Shown piece by piece: positions 25,256 through 38,692 of a DNA stretch of 64,000 bases. Within the stretch, counting starts at the first letter, position 1. Each line of letters starts with the position of its first letter. Made by a program: the position numbers and the translations under genes. Under the pieces are notes generated by a model. That model searched no databases, had not been told where the DNA came from, and worked only from the letters and a program-made list of their open reading frames with translations. The DNA comes from Mobula hypostoma (Eukaryota): assembly GCF_963921235.1 (NCBI RefSeq), contig NC_086108.1, positions 90,460,001-90,524,000 on the forward strand, read 5' to 3'.

Positions 25256-25384
25256 ACAAAGGACCTCTGTTGTATTTAGAGGTCAATCTGCTCAGTCTCA
25301 GGACATCTATGCAATGGATCTGCATTGAATTGCCCTTGGCCCAATGATCTTCAGCTTTTATGACCTTCTGTCCATTATAAGGTC

Positions 25385-25705
25385 AGGTGGCATGGTAGCA
25401 TAGTTGTTACAGTGCTAGAGGTTATCTATTGGGTTTGATTCCCATTGCTGTCTGTGAGGTGTTTGTAGGTTCTCTCCATGGCTGCACGGGTTTCCTACGG
25501 GTTTTCTGGTTTCGGCCCACATTTCAAAGATGTACAGTTAGGGTTAGTGAGTTGTGGGCATGTTCTGTTGGTGCCTGAAGCGTGGTGACACTTGCAAGCT
25601 GCCCCAGCACAATTTTTGGACTCTGTTGGACGTTGATGCAGAATGATGCATTTCACTGTATGTTTCTGTGTTTTGTTGTATGTGTGACAAACGAAACAAA
25701 TCTTC
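25385..25705 (+). mobile_element. V-SINE-like element
   Basis: tRNA-like head, V-domain-like gtttgtaggttctctccatggctgcacgggtttcctacggg..ctggtttc..cccaca, Rex-like tail gcatttcactgtatgtttc. Confidence 0.75.
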
Positions 25706-25799
25706 AGAAGTGGCAAAGATCAGTTCCACTTGCAGATGAATAGCCCTTGCCTTGTCTGTAAACAACTGGAAGATGTCGTCAATGGTCCCATCAAATAGC

Positions 25800-28110
25800 C
25801 ATAGAACCATAGAAACTACAGCACAGAAACAGGCCTTTTGGCCCTTCTTGGCTGTGCCGAACCACTTTCTGCCTAGTCCCACTGACCAGCACACGGACCA
25901 TATCCCTCCATACACCTCCCATCCATGTATCTGTCCAATTTATTCTTAAATGTTAAAAAAGAACCCACATTTACCACCTCGTCTGGCAGCTCATTCCATA
26001 CTCCCACCACTCTCTGTGTGAAGAAGCCCCCCCTAATGTTCCCTTTAAACTTTTCCCCCCTCACCCTTAACCCATGTCTGGTTTTTTTTCTCCCCTTGCC
26101 TCAGTGGAAAAAGCCTGCTTGCATTCACTCTATCTATACCCATCATAATTTTATACACCTCTATCAAATCTCCCCTCATTCTTCTACGCTCCAGGGAATA
26201 AAGTCCCAACCTATTCAACCTTTCTCTGTAACTGAGTTTCTCAAGTCCCGGCAACATCCTTGTAAACCTTCTCTGCACTCTTTCAACCTTATTTATATCC
26301 TTCCTGTAATTTGGTGACCAAAACTGAACACAATACTCCAGATTCGGCCTCACCAATGCCTTATACAACCTCATCATAACATTCCAGCTCTTATACTCAA
26401 TACTTTGATTAATAAAGGCCAATGTACCAAAAGCTCTCTTTACAACCCTATCTACCTGTGATGCCACTTTTAGGGAATTTTGTATCTGTATTCCTAGATC
26501 CCTCTGTTCCACTGTACTCCTCAGTGCCTTACCATTAACCCTGTATGTTCTACCTTGGTTTGTCCTTCCAACGTGCAATACCTCACACTTGTCTGTATTA
26601 AACTCCATCTGCCATTTTTCAGCCCATTTTTCCAGATGGTCTAAGTCCCTCTGCAGGCTCTGAAAACCTTCCTCACTGTCTACTACACCTCCAATCTTTG
26701 TATCATCAGCAAACTTGCTAATCCAATTTACCAGATTATCATCCAGATCATTGATATAGATGACAAATAACAATGGACCCAGCACTGATCCCTGTGGCAC
26801 ACCACTAGTCACAGGCCTCCACTCAGAGAAGCAATTCTCTACCACCACTCTCCAGCTTCTTCCATCGAGCCAACGTCTAATCCAATTTACCACCTCTCCA
26901 TGTATACCTAGCGACTGAATTTTCCTAACTAACCTCCCATGCGGGACCTTGTCAAAGGCCTTACTGAAGTCCATGTAGACAATATCCACTGCCTTCCCTT
27001 CATCCACTTTCCTGGTAACCTCCTCGAAAAACTCGAACAGATTGGTCAAACATGACCTACCACGCACAAAGCCATGTTGACTCTCCCTCATAAGCCCCTG
27101 TCTATCCAAATGCTTGTAGATTCTGTCTCTTAGTACTCCCTCCAATAACTTACCTACTACTGACGTTAAACTCACCGGCCTATAATTTCCCGGATTACTT
27201 TTTGATCCTTTTTTAAACAATGGAACAACATGAGCCACTCTCCAATCCTCCGGCACCTCACCTGTAGACAGCGACATTTTAAATATTTCTGCCAGGGCCC
27301 CCACAATTTCAACACTAGTCTCCTTCAAGGTCTGAGGGAACACCCTGTCAGGTCCCGGGGATTTATCCACTTTAATTTTCTTCAAGACAGCAAGCACCTT
27401 CTCCTTTTCAATCTGTACAATTTCCATGGTCTCACTACTTGATTTCCTCAATTCCATAGATTTCATGCCAGCTTCCTTAGTAAATACAGACGCAAAAAAC
27501 CTATTTAAGATCTCCCCCATTTCCTTTGGTTCCGCACAAAGCCAACCACTCTGATCTTCAAGAGGACAATTTTATCCCTTACAATCCTTTTGCTCTTACT
27601 ATACTTGTAAAAGCTCTTTGGATTATCCTTCACTTTTACTGCCAAGGCAACCTCATGTCTTCTTTTAGCCCTCCTGATTTCTTTCTTAAGTATTTTCTTG
27701 CACTTCTTATACTCAAACACCTGATTTACCCCCTGTTTCCTATACATTTCATACAACTAGGGTTCCTTATTCCTATTCAATTTGCCTTTAATCCTGACAG
27801 GAACATACAAACTCTGCACTCTCAAAATTTCCCCTTTGAAGGCTTCCCACCTACCAATCACATCTTTGCCAGAGAACAACCTGTCCCAATCCACGCTTTT
27901 TAGATCCTTTCTCATTTCTTCAAATTTGGCCTTCTTCCAGTTCAGAACCTCAACCCTAGGACCAGATCTATCCTTTCCGATGATCAAATTGAAACTAATG
28001 GTGTTATGATCACTGGAACCAAAGTGCTCCCCTACACAGACTTCTGTCACTTGCCCTAATTCGTTACCTAACAGGAGATCCAATATTGCATCCCCTCTAA
28101 TTGGTCCCTC
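25800..28110 (-). mobile_element. Young 5'-truncated CR1 LINE (491-aa open RT frame 26045-27520), abutting (TA)n at 28111-28136
   Basis: Complete RT motifs NYRPVSLTS, QHGF, GVPQGSVLGP, FADD; (ctatggtt)n-type tail; atagcc on both flanks. Confidence 0.96.
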
Positions 28111-28626
28111 TATATATATATATATATATATATATAGCCCTTTATATCAAGGGAACTTTTGAAAGTGTGTGGCATCAAAGAGCCCCGATAATGCTGGTCA
28201 ATGGGATTGAAGGGAACAATGATCATGCATTAGCAGGAAGTTTACAAATAACATTTGCATCATGAAGTTTCCAGGCAAAAACCATCTCCCACAAGGAAGG
28301 CTCCAAATATTACCCCTTATATTCAATAGTATTATCATTGTTGAGTCCTCATCAGCAATGTTGTTGATCAGGAGTATAACTACACATTGCACAAAAATAC
28401 CATGGCTTTAGGCTGAGTATCCTACAATGAACGATTCACCTCCTGCCACCCCAGAGTCTGTCAGAGGAGAGTTCTGTCTGCAAGGTGATGAAATATCTTC
28501 CAATTACTTGCAAGAAAGGTCAAGAAATTTGATGCCATTTAGGACAAAACATTGTTTGCATCTCATGAACCAACTTATACATTCATTTCCTCCAACATCT
28601 GCACGTTAGCTCGTGCACTGATGAAC

Positions 28627-31600
28627 CCATAGAGTTACAGAGAAGAAGAAGTGCGCGCGCACACACACAAACACACACACACACACGTGTCTTTTGGCCC
28701 ATCTAGTCCATGCCTAATTCTATTGACCTGCACTGTGACTATAGCCCTCCATACCCAAACTATCCATATACCTATCCAAACTTCTTTTAAACGTTGAAAT
28801 TGAGCTCGCATGCCCCACTGGTGTGGCAGCTCATTCCACACACTCACAACCCTCTGAGTGAAGAACTTACCCCTCTTGTTCCCCTTAAACTTTTCATCTT
28901 TCACCCTTAACACATGATCTCCAGTTATTGTCCAACCAACCTCAGTAGAAAAAGCTTGCTTGCTTTATATATATACCCCTCATCTATACCCCTATCTATA
29001 CCCCTCATAATTTTGTATACATCTATCAAATCTCCCCTCAAACTTCTACATTTCAAGGAATAAAGTCCTTATTCAAACTTTCCTTATAAGTCAGGTCCTC
29101 CAGATCTAGCAACATCCTTGTAAATTTTTTCTGTACTCTTTCAATCTTGCTTACATCTTTCCCTTACGTAGGTGACCAAAACTGCACACAATACACCAAA
29201 ATAAGTCTTCTACAACGTCAGCATAACATCCTATCTCCTGTACTCAATGCATTGATTTATGAAACCAACGTGTCAAAAGCTTTCTTTACAACCCTATCTA
29301 CCAGTGATGCCACTTTCAATGAATTATGGACCTGTATTTCCAGATCCCTTTGTTCTACCACACTCCTTAGTGTCCTGTTCTCTATGCAAGACCTACCCTG
29401 GTTGGTCCTACCGAAGTTCAAAACTTCACACTTGTCTGCATTAAATTCTGTCTGCCAATTTTTCAGCCCATTTTTCCAACTGATACAGATCACCCTAAGC
29501 CATAATAGCCTTATTCATTGACCGCTACGCCCCCAGTTTTGGTGTCAACTGTAAATTTGCTGATCCAGTTAACCACATTATCAACCAGATCATTGATATA
29601 GATGACAAAAGACCCAGCACTGATCCAAGTGGCATACCATTAGTCACAGGCCTCCAGTCAGAGAGGCAACACTCTGCTACCACACTATGGCTTCTCCCAC
29701 AAAGCCAATGTTTAATCCAATTTACTACCTCATCCTAAATTCTGAGTGACTGAACCTTCTTGACATCCTCCCTTGCAGGATTTTGTCAAATGAATTCCAA
29801 AAGTCCATGCAGTCAACATCCACTGCCTTGCCTTCATCCACTTTCTTGGTAACTTCCTCAAAAAACTCTATAAGAATGACTAGACTATAAGATGTAGAAG
29901 CAAAATTAGGCCATTTGGTCCATCGAGTTTGTACCATTTCATCATGGCTGTTCCATTTTTCCTCTCAGCTCCAATCTCCTGCCCTCTCCCTGTATTCCTT
30001 ATGCCCTGAACAATCAAGAATCTATCAATCTCTGCCATAAATATACGTACAGACTGGCCTCCACAGCTGCCTGTGGCAATGAATTCCACAGACATCACCT
30101 ACTACACCCAAAGCCATGCTGACTATCCTTAATCAGTCCATGACTATATCCAAGTATTATATATCTGCTTCCTTAGAATACCTTCCAATAACTTTACACA
30201 ACTGACCTCAGACTCGGGCCTATAGTTATGTTTAGAGCCTTTTTTAAACAGTGGAACAACGCTGGTTATCCTCCAATTCTCTTACACCTCCCCTGTCGCT
30301 AAGGATGTTTCAAGTATCTCTGCTCGGGCTCCGGCATTTTCTGCACTTGCCTCCTGTAGGGTCCGAGGGAGCACTTTCTTGGTTCTGGGGATTTATCCAC
30401 CCTGATTTGCCTCAGCTTAGTAAGCATCTCCTCCTCTGTAATCTGTACAGGGTCCATGAAGTTGATGCTGATTTGCCTCACTTCTATCTCCTGAGTAAAT
30501 ACAGATGCAAAGAATTCATTTAAGATCTCCCCCATCCAGTTTGGCTCCACTCCTGGATTAACTATCTGGTCTTCTAGAGGACCAATTTTGTCTCTTGCAA
30601 TCATTTTGCTCTTAACATAACTGTAGAATTCCTTAGAATTCTCCTCCACCTGTCTGTTAGAGAAACTTAATGTCTTTTAGCATTCCTGATTTCTTTCTCA
30701 AGTGTTCTCTTACATGTCTTATTCTCCTTAAGCACCTCATTTGTTCCTACTTGCCTATACCTGCTATGCACCTCCTTTTCTCTCATTGCCAGGGCCTCAG
30801 TATCTCTTGAAAACCAAGGTTCCTTACACTTGTTATCTTTATTTTTTTTTATTCTGACAGGCACATACAAGCCTTATGCTCTCAAAATTCTAAGTACACC
30901 TTTCCCAGAAAACAGCCTGTCCTAATCCACACTTGCCAGATCATTTCTGATACCTTCAAAATGGGTCTTTCTCCAGTATAGAATCTCAACCCGTAGACCA
31001 GACCTATCTTTTTGCATATTTGCTTTGAAACTAATGGCATTGTGGTCACTGGATGCAAAGTGTTCCCCTGCACTAACTTCTGTCACCAGCCCTGTCTCAT
31101 TCCCTAATAGCAGATCTAGTATCACACACTCTCTCGATGGGACTTTTATGTTTTGATGAAGGAAACTTTCCTGACCACATCTGACAAACTCTATCCCTTC
31201 TAGTCCTTTTACAGTATGGGATTCCTAGTCAATATGTGGAAAGTTAAGATTAACCTTCTTTAATAACCTTGTGTTTCTTGCAATGGTCTACAATCACTTT
31301 ACAGATTTGTTCCTCTAAATCCCTAGGACTGTTGGGTGTTCTGTAATTAAGCTCTATTAATGTGGTCATACATTTCCTCTTTCTCAGTTCCACCCATAAT
31401 GCCTCACTAGTCGAGTTCTCCAGTTTGTCCTGACAGAGCACTGCAGTGATATTTTATTTGACTAGTAACGCCACCCCTCCTCCTTTAAATCCTCCTGCTC
31501 TGTCACATCTAGAACAGAACTCCAGAATATTAAACTGCCAGCCCTGCCCCTTCTGCAGCCAAGTCTCACTAATGGCTTCAGTGTCCTAATTCCAGGTGTT

Positions 31601-32700
31601 GATGCATGTCCTGAGCTCATCCACCTTTCCTACGGTACTTCTTTCATTGAAACATACGTAGCTCAGGACACTCGTCACACCATGTCAACCTTTAGTTTAA
31701 ACCCCACCGCGCAGCATTAACAAACGTTTCTGCTAGGATATTAGTCCTCCTCCAGTTCACAGGCAACCATCCCTTAAGAACAGGTCCCATCTTCTCTGGA
31801 AGAGAGCCCAATGATCCAAAAATCTTATGTACTCCCTCCTACACCAACTCCTTAGCCATATGTTAAACTGAATAATCTTCCTCGGTGTGGCCTCACTATC
31901 ATGTGCTATCAGGTAGCAATCCTGCAATCACAGCCTTGGAGTCCTTCCCTTTAACTTAGCGCCTAACTCCCTGAACTCCCTCTGCAGAACCTTGTCATTG
32001 GTAACTACATGGACCACGACCTTTGGCTGTTCACCCTCCTATTTAAGAATGCTGGACTTGATCCGAGATGTTCCGGACCCTGGCAGTCGGGAGGCAACAT
32101 ATCATCTGGGAATCTCATTATTGCCCACAGAACCTCATGTCCGTTCTCTTAACTAACGAATCCCCTATCACCACAGTGTACCTCTTCTCCTCCCATTCTT
32201 TCTGTGTCACAGAGGCTGACTCAGTGCCAGAGATCCGACCACTGTGACTTTCTTTTGTTAGGTCATTTCCTCCTTCTCCCATCCCCTGACAGCATCCAAA
32301 GTGCTATACCTGTTGTTGAGAGGAATGGCCACAGGGGCACTCTGCATTGGCTCCTTAACCCCTTTCCCCTTCCACCCAGTTTCCTGTGCCCTGCACCTTG
32401 GATGTAGCCTTTCAATTGATCTGGAGGTCATCCAGTTCTAGTTAATGTGGATCGTTAGCAGCTTCAGCTGGAAATACTTTTCACAGTTGTGGTCATTAGG
32501 GACACTGGAAGTGTACCTGTCTTCCCACATCCCTCAAGAGGAGTATTCAACTATCCTGCCTAGTATCTCTACTGTCCTAGCAGAGCAGATTTAAAGAAGG
32601 GAAGGAAAAAAAAACTTTACTTAGGGTTTATCTTTTTCTGCTTTCTCTGATTGAAGCTTTGAAGGGTTAAAGCCTCATGATCACCACTCTAACTCTGTCT
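28627..32700 (-). mobile_element. Long degraded CR1 LINE including APE and upstream (ORF1-side) sequence
   Basis: Minus ORFs 28635-31441: SEALWVELR, ILDLLLGNE, SSDHNAISF, EILNEFFASVFT, EFNADKCEVL. Confidence 0.88.
29878..30097 (-). mobile_element. CR1 3' tail nested within CR1
   Basis: gactataagatgtagaagcaaaattaggccattt tail shared with 15211, 36115, 47413 and 62207. Confidence 0.8.
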
Positions 32701-32984
32701 TCTATGATGATGGTCGCAGTGCTTGACCCTGCCTTCCTGTAATTTGCGCTTGCTAATCTCAAACGGCGATTGGACGCTGGTCAGATTGCTCTCCCTTTCT
32801 CTACTTGGTCAGTGGATGGCGAAAAATGGCAGAGCAGACTTGATGGGCTGAATGGCCTACTTCTGCTCCTAAATCTTCTAAAACCCCCAAACCCCTCCTC
32901 TCAAACATCAGATGTCTGGATTGGTCACTGATCAGAGCTCAATTACAAGTGAAGTCTATAAATCAAGTTGCATGGCACTGTCTG

Positions 32985-33410
32985 GATAGAGGAGCAATGT
33001 ATTCCATCTGGGTAGCCTCCAGTGTGATGGCTTCTCTAATCCCCATTTTGGCTCTCCTCATACTCCTTCTCTTCTCTTCATCTGTCTATCACTTCCCTCT
33101 CTCTCTCTCTCCCGTTTATCCCATGGTCCACTCTCCTCTCCTAATAGATTCCTTTTTTCGTTAGCCCTTTACCTCTTCCACCCATCACTTACCAGCTTCT
33201 CACTTCATCACCCTCCCCAACTCACCCAGCAGACTGGCTTCACCTATCACCTGCCAGTTTGTGCACCTTCTCTTCCCCCACCTTATCCTGGCTTCTTTCC
33301 CCTTCCTTTCCAGTCCTGATGAAGGGTCTCAATTTGAAACGTCATTTGTTCATTCTGCTCCATGGGTGCTGCCCGACCTTCTGAGTTTCTCCAGCATTTT
33401 CTGCTTGTGT
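32985..33410 (+). mobile_element. Penelope-like element 3' end (ORF C-terminus, pyrimidine-rich UTR, pLTR)
   Basis: gaggagcaa..tattccatctgggtagcctccag resembles the PLE C-terminal EEQ..F.LGSLQ; followed by CT-rich tract and cagtcctgatgaagggtctc..gaaacgtc. Confidence 0.75.
33311..33348 (+). ncRNA. Degenerate minimal type-I hammerhead ribozyme motif of Penelope-like element
   Basis: cagtc-CTGATGA-agggtctcaattt-GAAA-cGTC-atttg: core nucleotides intact, stems I and II decayed. Confidence 0.6.
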
Positions 33411-34910
33411 TTCTACAAGATGCTTGGGTGTCTCACAGGCCCATGACTTCTGTCTCCATGATAGACAAGGTCAGCAGGTGGATAAGAGTCATAACAAATG
33501 AAGGTGCATGCCATCCTGACCTGAACTGCTGCTCCTTCATCATCACAAGTCTGAATCCTGGAACACTCTGACAGCACTGTGGGAGTACCTTCACCAGGAG
33601 GTAGCTTAACACCTTCCCAAGGGAAATCAGGAATGGGTAATAAATACTGAGCTTGTCAGTGTCATCCACATCCTCAAAGGTAAATCAGGAAAAAGATAGC
33701 TTACTTCAAACACTGCTGGTGGAGTGTTCCTCCACTTTTTAAAAAATCACAATGGAATTGATGTTAGTATTATTGTCACATGTACCAAGATACAATAAAA
33801 AAAACTTGTCTTGCGTACTGTTTATACAGATCAGATCATTACACAGTGCATTGAGCTGGAATAAAGTAAAAGAATAACAATAACAGTAAAAGGAGATTTG
33901 AGGTTCTTTAACAATCAGATTGAATTATTTTCTTTGTTGTTCACTGGCCTAGAAATTAAACTGCATATAGAAATGTGCCATAAATGACACTGTGCTGGGG
34001 ACATGCATCAGTTAATTATAGGGAAGAAGCAATTTGCTTATCCACATGATGTACAGGAGTGATAGGCATAAATGTTAGAAGTTTTGGACTTTCAGCATGG
34101 TTATGCAAAATGTGAAAACTGTTGAAAACCATAATTGCCCGCTCTTTTAAGGGTTTCTTAAATGTTCTTCTCTCGACAGTGAAGTAAAGATAGCCTGGCA
34201 GTTCAGACTAGGTAACAGCTTCTTCCTCCCAGGCTTGTGACTTTTTAACATCCAGCTGCCACCCAGTACACATGTGCACCCGGTGTGAATACCCTGCACC
34301 ACCACCCCATCCACTCCCCGACCCACAGACACACTGTCATCTTGCACTGGTCACTTTTAATCTTTTATTGCTTCTGTTTCACATAGTTATACTACTGCTT
34401 GTTATATTATAATAGTGCCAGTAATGTTATGCTGTCTTACATAAATTTGCGCCTCACACTTTATATCAATCGTCAGGCCATGCCACTTAGAGACAGTGCT
34501 AATATTTAATATTATTGTATGTCTCCATGTATTGGATCATAACTATATTTGCTGTGTGTGACTGGATGTACTGTGATTTGCAGCTTGGTCCCAGAGGATG
34601 ATAATTTGTTTAGCTGTATACATGTGTATGGTTGAATGACAATAAACTTGAATTAGAAGGAACCCTTGTCTCCAATTATTAATCAGACATTGTAGAGGAA
34701 GAGATATGTACTCATGGAGGCATTTGTTCAGTTGGCTCCCCCCACCTGGCACTCCCCCATGATTGACTAATCCATCAAAGAAAAACAAGCCAACGTTGAT
34801 TGCAGGTTTGTCAGGCCCGACAAGTCTGGATCCCTTGGCTGATATCAATGGCAAATGGCTTGAAAGTGGCTCATAGATCTCCCTTAAAAACTCAGTCCAA
34901 GCATTTTCAT

Positions 34911-35570
34911 GCAGTGAATTCCGGTTAAATTGGGACACATTGAGAAGAGTACATTTTGGTCCAATTAAGTGGCAGCTGCAATTAGCCAAAATGTAATGAA
35001 AATAGTTGAAAAGGTATAAAAGAGACATAATTTTAACTGTGTTGCATCCTAAGTATTTAAATGAAATACAGAGCAAATTTATAACACTACCAAACTGTAC
35101 CAGTTCCTAATAGTTATTGATGGAGGAATTCATCTAGTGTACACTGCCGTGTGTTTTGATTGACTATAAATGAACAATATCAGTGTAGACACTGAGTGCA
35201 GATAATGGGCTGCCTTCATACAATGCTTTCGATGATTGCATCTTCCAGATCTTCATTTTCATTGCAACATACAAGATGATTGTTGATACCTTCAAATTCT
35301 TCATATTTCCTAAATTTGTTGAAGTAGTGAAAGTAATTCAGTTTCACTCCCGCCATTTCTGGCATCTCCAAGCTGAATGCAGCAAGCAAAACAGTTCTGA
35401 ATTGCCTTACTGCTTATTTCTTCCCAACTATCAGTGACAAAAATCACTGCTTTTTGAATACAAATGTATGCAACTGACGCTATTTAAAAACCGCTCTATG
35501 CATGGTGTAGTACCTAACGGCCACACAAGTGCATGTGACTGATGCTAGTTAGAAACTATGCATGGTTTGC
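34911..35570. mobile_element. Tigger/pogo-like non-autonomous element, truncated at right
   Basis: cagtgaattccggttaaattgggacaca terminus; colinear with 63183-63850. Confidence 0.8.
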
Positions 35571-35929
35571 ATGGCGATTAATGTCATTGCTTTGCATCCA
35601 GCAGCTGTGTCAGGATGACTCACACTCGAAGGCCTATGATTCACTTCACACTGTGCTCGATGTATTCAAAACTACTGGCCACAGACTGCGATCAGTTGTC
35701 CATTTCTTATCAGCTCCTGCATCAGCTGACCATGCACCAGGGAACTGAATTTATAGTTTAGCCAAAATCCACACATCATACTCAGAGATATAACTTGCAC
35801 ATTAATCTCACATAGAAATCAAAACAAAAATTGGGAAATACAGATAGTGGGAGAAAAAGAGAGAGAAGAGACCAACTAAAATACAGAAGAAAACACATAT
35901 TGTTAAGGTGAGACAACGAGAATGAGAAA

Positions 35930-37250
35930 TAATCTATTGAAATAGCAGATTACAGGCCCTTTACCCCAGGATGTTATGCTAAATTTTTAATCTACTCCAA
36001 GATCAATCTGTTCCCTCGCACATAGCACTATGTTTCTTTCATCCCTGTACCTATCTGAGAGTCTTTTAAAAGTCCCTAATGCATTTTCCTCTATCACTAC
36101 CCCTGGCAGTGCGGACCATAAGACATAGGAGTAGAATTAGGCTATTTGGCCCATCAAGTCTGGTCTGCCATTCAATTATGGCTTATCCTTTTTTTCCCCT
36201 CTTCAGCCCCACTCCCCGGCCTTCAACCCTGAACCTTTGATGCTGTGTTCAATCAAGACCCTATCAAGCTCTGCCTTAAATACGCCCAGTGACCTGGCCT
36301 CCACAGCGGCGTTTATAATAAATTACACAAGTTCACCACCCTCTGGCTAAAAAAATGTCTCCATATCTCTGTTTTAAATGGATGCCCCTGGATGATCCTC
36401 TATCCTGAGGCTGTGCCCTCTTGTCCTAGACTCACCCACCATGGGAAACACCCTTTCCACATCTACTCTGTCAGTGCCTTTCAATATTTGAAAGGTTTCA
36501 ATGAGATACCCCCCCCCCCCATTCTTCTAAAATCCAGGGAGTACAGACCTAGAGCTATCAAATGTTCCTCGTATAATAACCCTTTCATTACTGGAATCAA
36601 TGCACTTAACACTGTATTTGTAAAACAAAACTATCTCTTTCACATCCCTCTTTCTCTTAAAGTTGTGCCCCTTTATATTAGCCGTTTCCACTCTGGGAAG
36701 AAGTCTCTGGCTGGACTCTCAAACTATTGCTCTTATCATCTTATACACCTCTATTAATTCATCTCTCATCCTCGTTCGCTCCAAAGAGAAAAGCCCTAGT
36801 TTGCTCAACTTATTCTGTAGGACATGTTCTCTAATCCAGGCAGCATCCTGGTAAATCTCTTCTGCACCCTCTTTAAAGCTTCCACATCTTGACCTGAACT
36901 GAAATAAGTGTGGACTAACCGGTGTTTTTTAGAGCTACAACATTGCCTCATGGCTCCTAAACTCAATTCCCCGAATAATGAAGGCCTATATGTCATATGT
37001 CTTCTTGAAATCCTTATCAACTTGCATGACAACTTTGAGAGATCTATATACGTGGACCCCAAGATCCATCTGTTCCTCCATACTGATAGAAATCCTGCCA
37101 TTAACCCTGTATTCTACCATCAGGTCCGAAGTCACTTAACACTTTCTGAATTGATCTCCATCTGCCACTTCTCAGACCAACTCTGCATTCTATCAATATC
37201 CCAATGCAATCTATGACAAACTTCTGCACCATTCACACCATCAACCTTTC
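35930..37250 (-). mobile_element. CR1 3' fragment with a second CR1 tail nested at ~36115-36600
   Basis: ALKRVQKRFTRMLPGLE on minus; nested gaccataagacataggagtagaattagg tail. Confidence 0.8.
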
Positions 37251-37535
37251 AGGTTTGGAGGGAAGTTGGAAAAAAAAATCAATGTGTCAAAATTACAGAA
37301 TTCAGTACACATTTTAACATTAATGCCGAATGAATTAGAAAAAGATTAGCTTTGATAAATCTTCAGGCCTGATGATTTTCACTCTATACCAATAAAAGAG
37401 ATAAATGTAGAAATTACAAAATCAGAAATTAGATAATCATCTTGAGGTTCTGTTACTTTGTTTGGAAACTAACAGTGGTGCTGAAGGCAATGCGGTCGTT
37501 GAGTGCAAATGAACAGAAATTCTGCAAATACAGGT

Positions 37536-37648
37536 GAACGCAGCAGGCCAGGCAGCATCTCTAGGAAGAGGTGCTGCCTGGCCTGCTGCGTTCATCAGCA
37601 ACTTTTATGTGTGTTGCTTGAATTTCCAGCATCTGCAGAATTCCTGTT
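37536..37648. mobile_element. Penelope-like terminal fragment, fold-back
   Basis: Arms tgaacgcagcaggccaggcagca / tgctgcctggcctgctgcgttca; flanks attctgcaaatacaggt 37519-37535 / attcagcaaatacaggt 37649-37665. Confidence 0.8.
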
Positions 37649-38692
37649 ATTCAGCAAATACAGGTTGGGCTGAATGGCTTCTTTCTATGATGTAAGATTC
37701 AAATTGTTTCCTAAGATTAATTCTCTGATATTCAAAATATTTATGAGTGTCATCAAATATTATTCAATTCCAGAATGTTCTGGTGATATTCCCAAGAATA
37801 TTTAAAGTGCTAAGATCACATTACATTATCTGTATTGTATTTTTATAGTTCAGACCAGCACAGATGCTAAATTTATAAGAAATTTATAAGAGAAGATCCA
37901 GGGGAACTTGGCTACATACCTACAGAATTTGCTTGCCCACAGGAGGCAACGGGTGATAGTAGATGGAGTATATTCTGTCTGGAGGTTGGTGACTAGGTTA
38001 GAGATTTGCTCAGGGATCTCTGCTGTTTGTGATTTTTATAAATAAATTGGATGAAGAAGTAGAAGTAGATAGAAAGTTTTCAGATGACATAAGGTCAGTG
38101 GTGCAATGGATAGTGTAAAATGTTTCAGTAGGTTCCAATGACACATTGGTAGGATGCAGACCTGGGCTGAGAAGTGGTACGTAAGAGTTCAGTCTAGAAA
38201 AGTGTGATGTGATTTACATTGCGTGGTCGATCTTGAAGACAGTACACATAATTAACAGTGTGGAGGAACAGAGCGGTCGTGGGTTCCATGTTCATAAAAC
38301 CCTCAAAGTTTCCATGCAAGTTGATAGGGTAGTTAAGGCAAATGGTGCATTGGCTTTCATTAGGCAGGGGATTGAGTTCAAGAGCCACGAGGTGATGTTG
38401 CAGCTCTATAAAACTCTTGTTGGCCAACACTTGATGTATTATGCTCATTTCTGGTCACCTTAGTATATAGGGAGGATAGAGTAGAGGATATTTACCGGGA
38501 TGCTTCCTGAATTAGAGAACATGTCTTTTGAGGATAGGTCATATGAGCTAGGGCTTTTCTTTTTGGTGTGAAAGAGGATTAGAGCAGATTAATAGAGTGT
38601 ACAAGATGATAAGAGGCATAGATTGAGTGGACAGTCAGAGACTTTTTCTCAAGATGGAAATGACTAATATAAGGGAGCATAGCTTTGAGGTG

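Noticed and set aside
34543..35076. 177-aa minus-strand ORF
   Set aside because: Crosses a LINE tail, unique DNA and a MITE terminus; no recognisable domain
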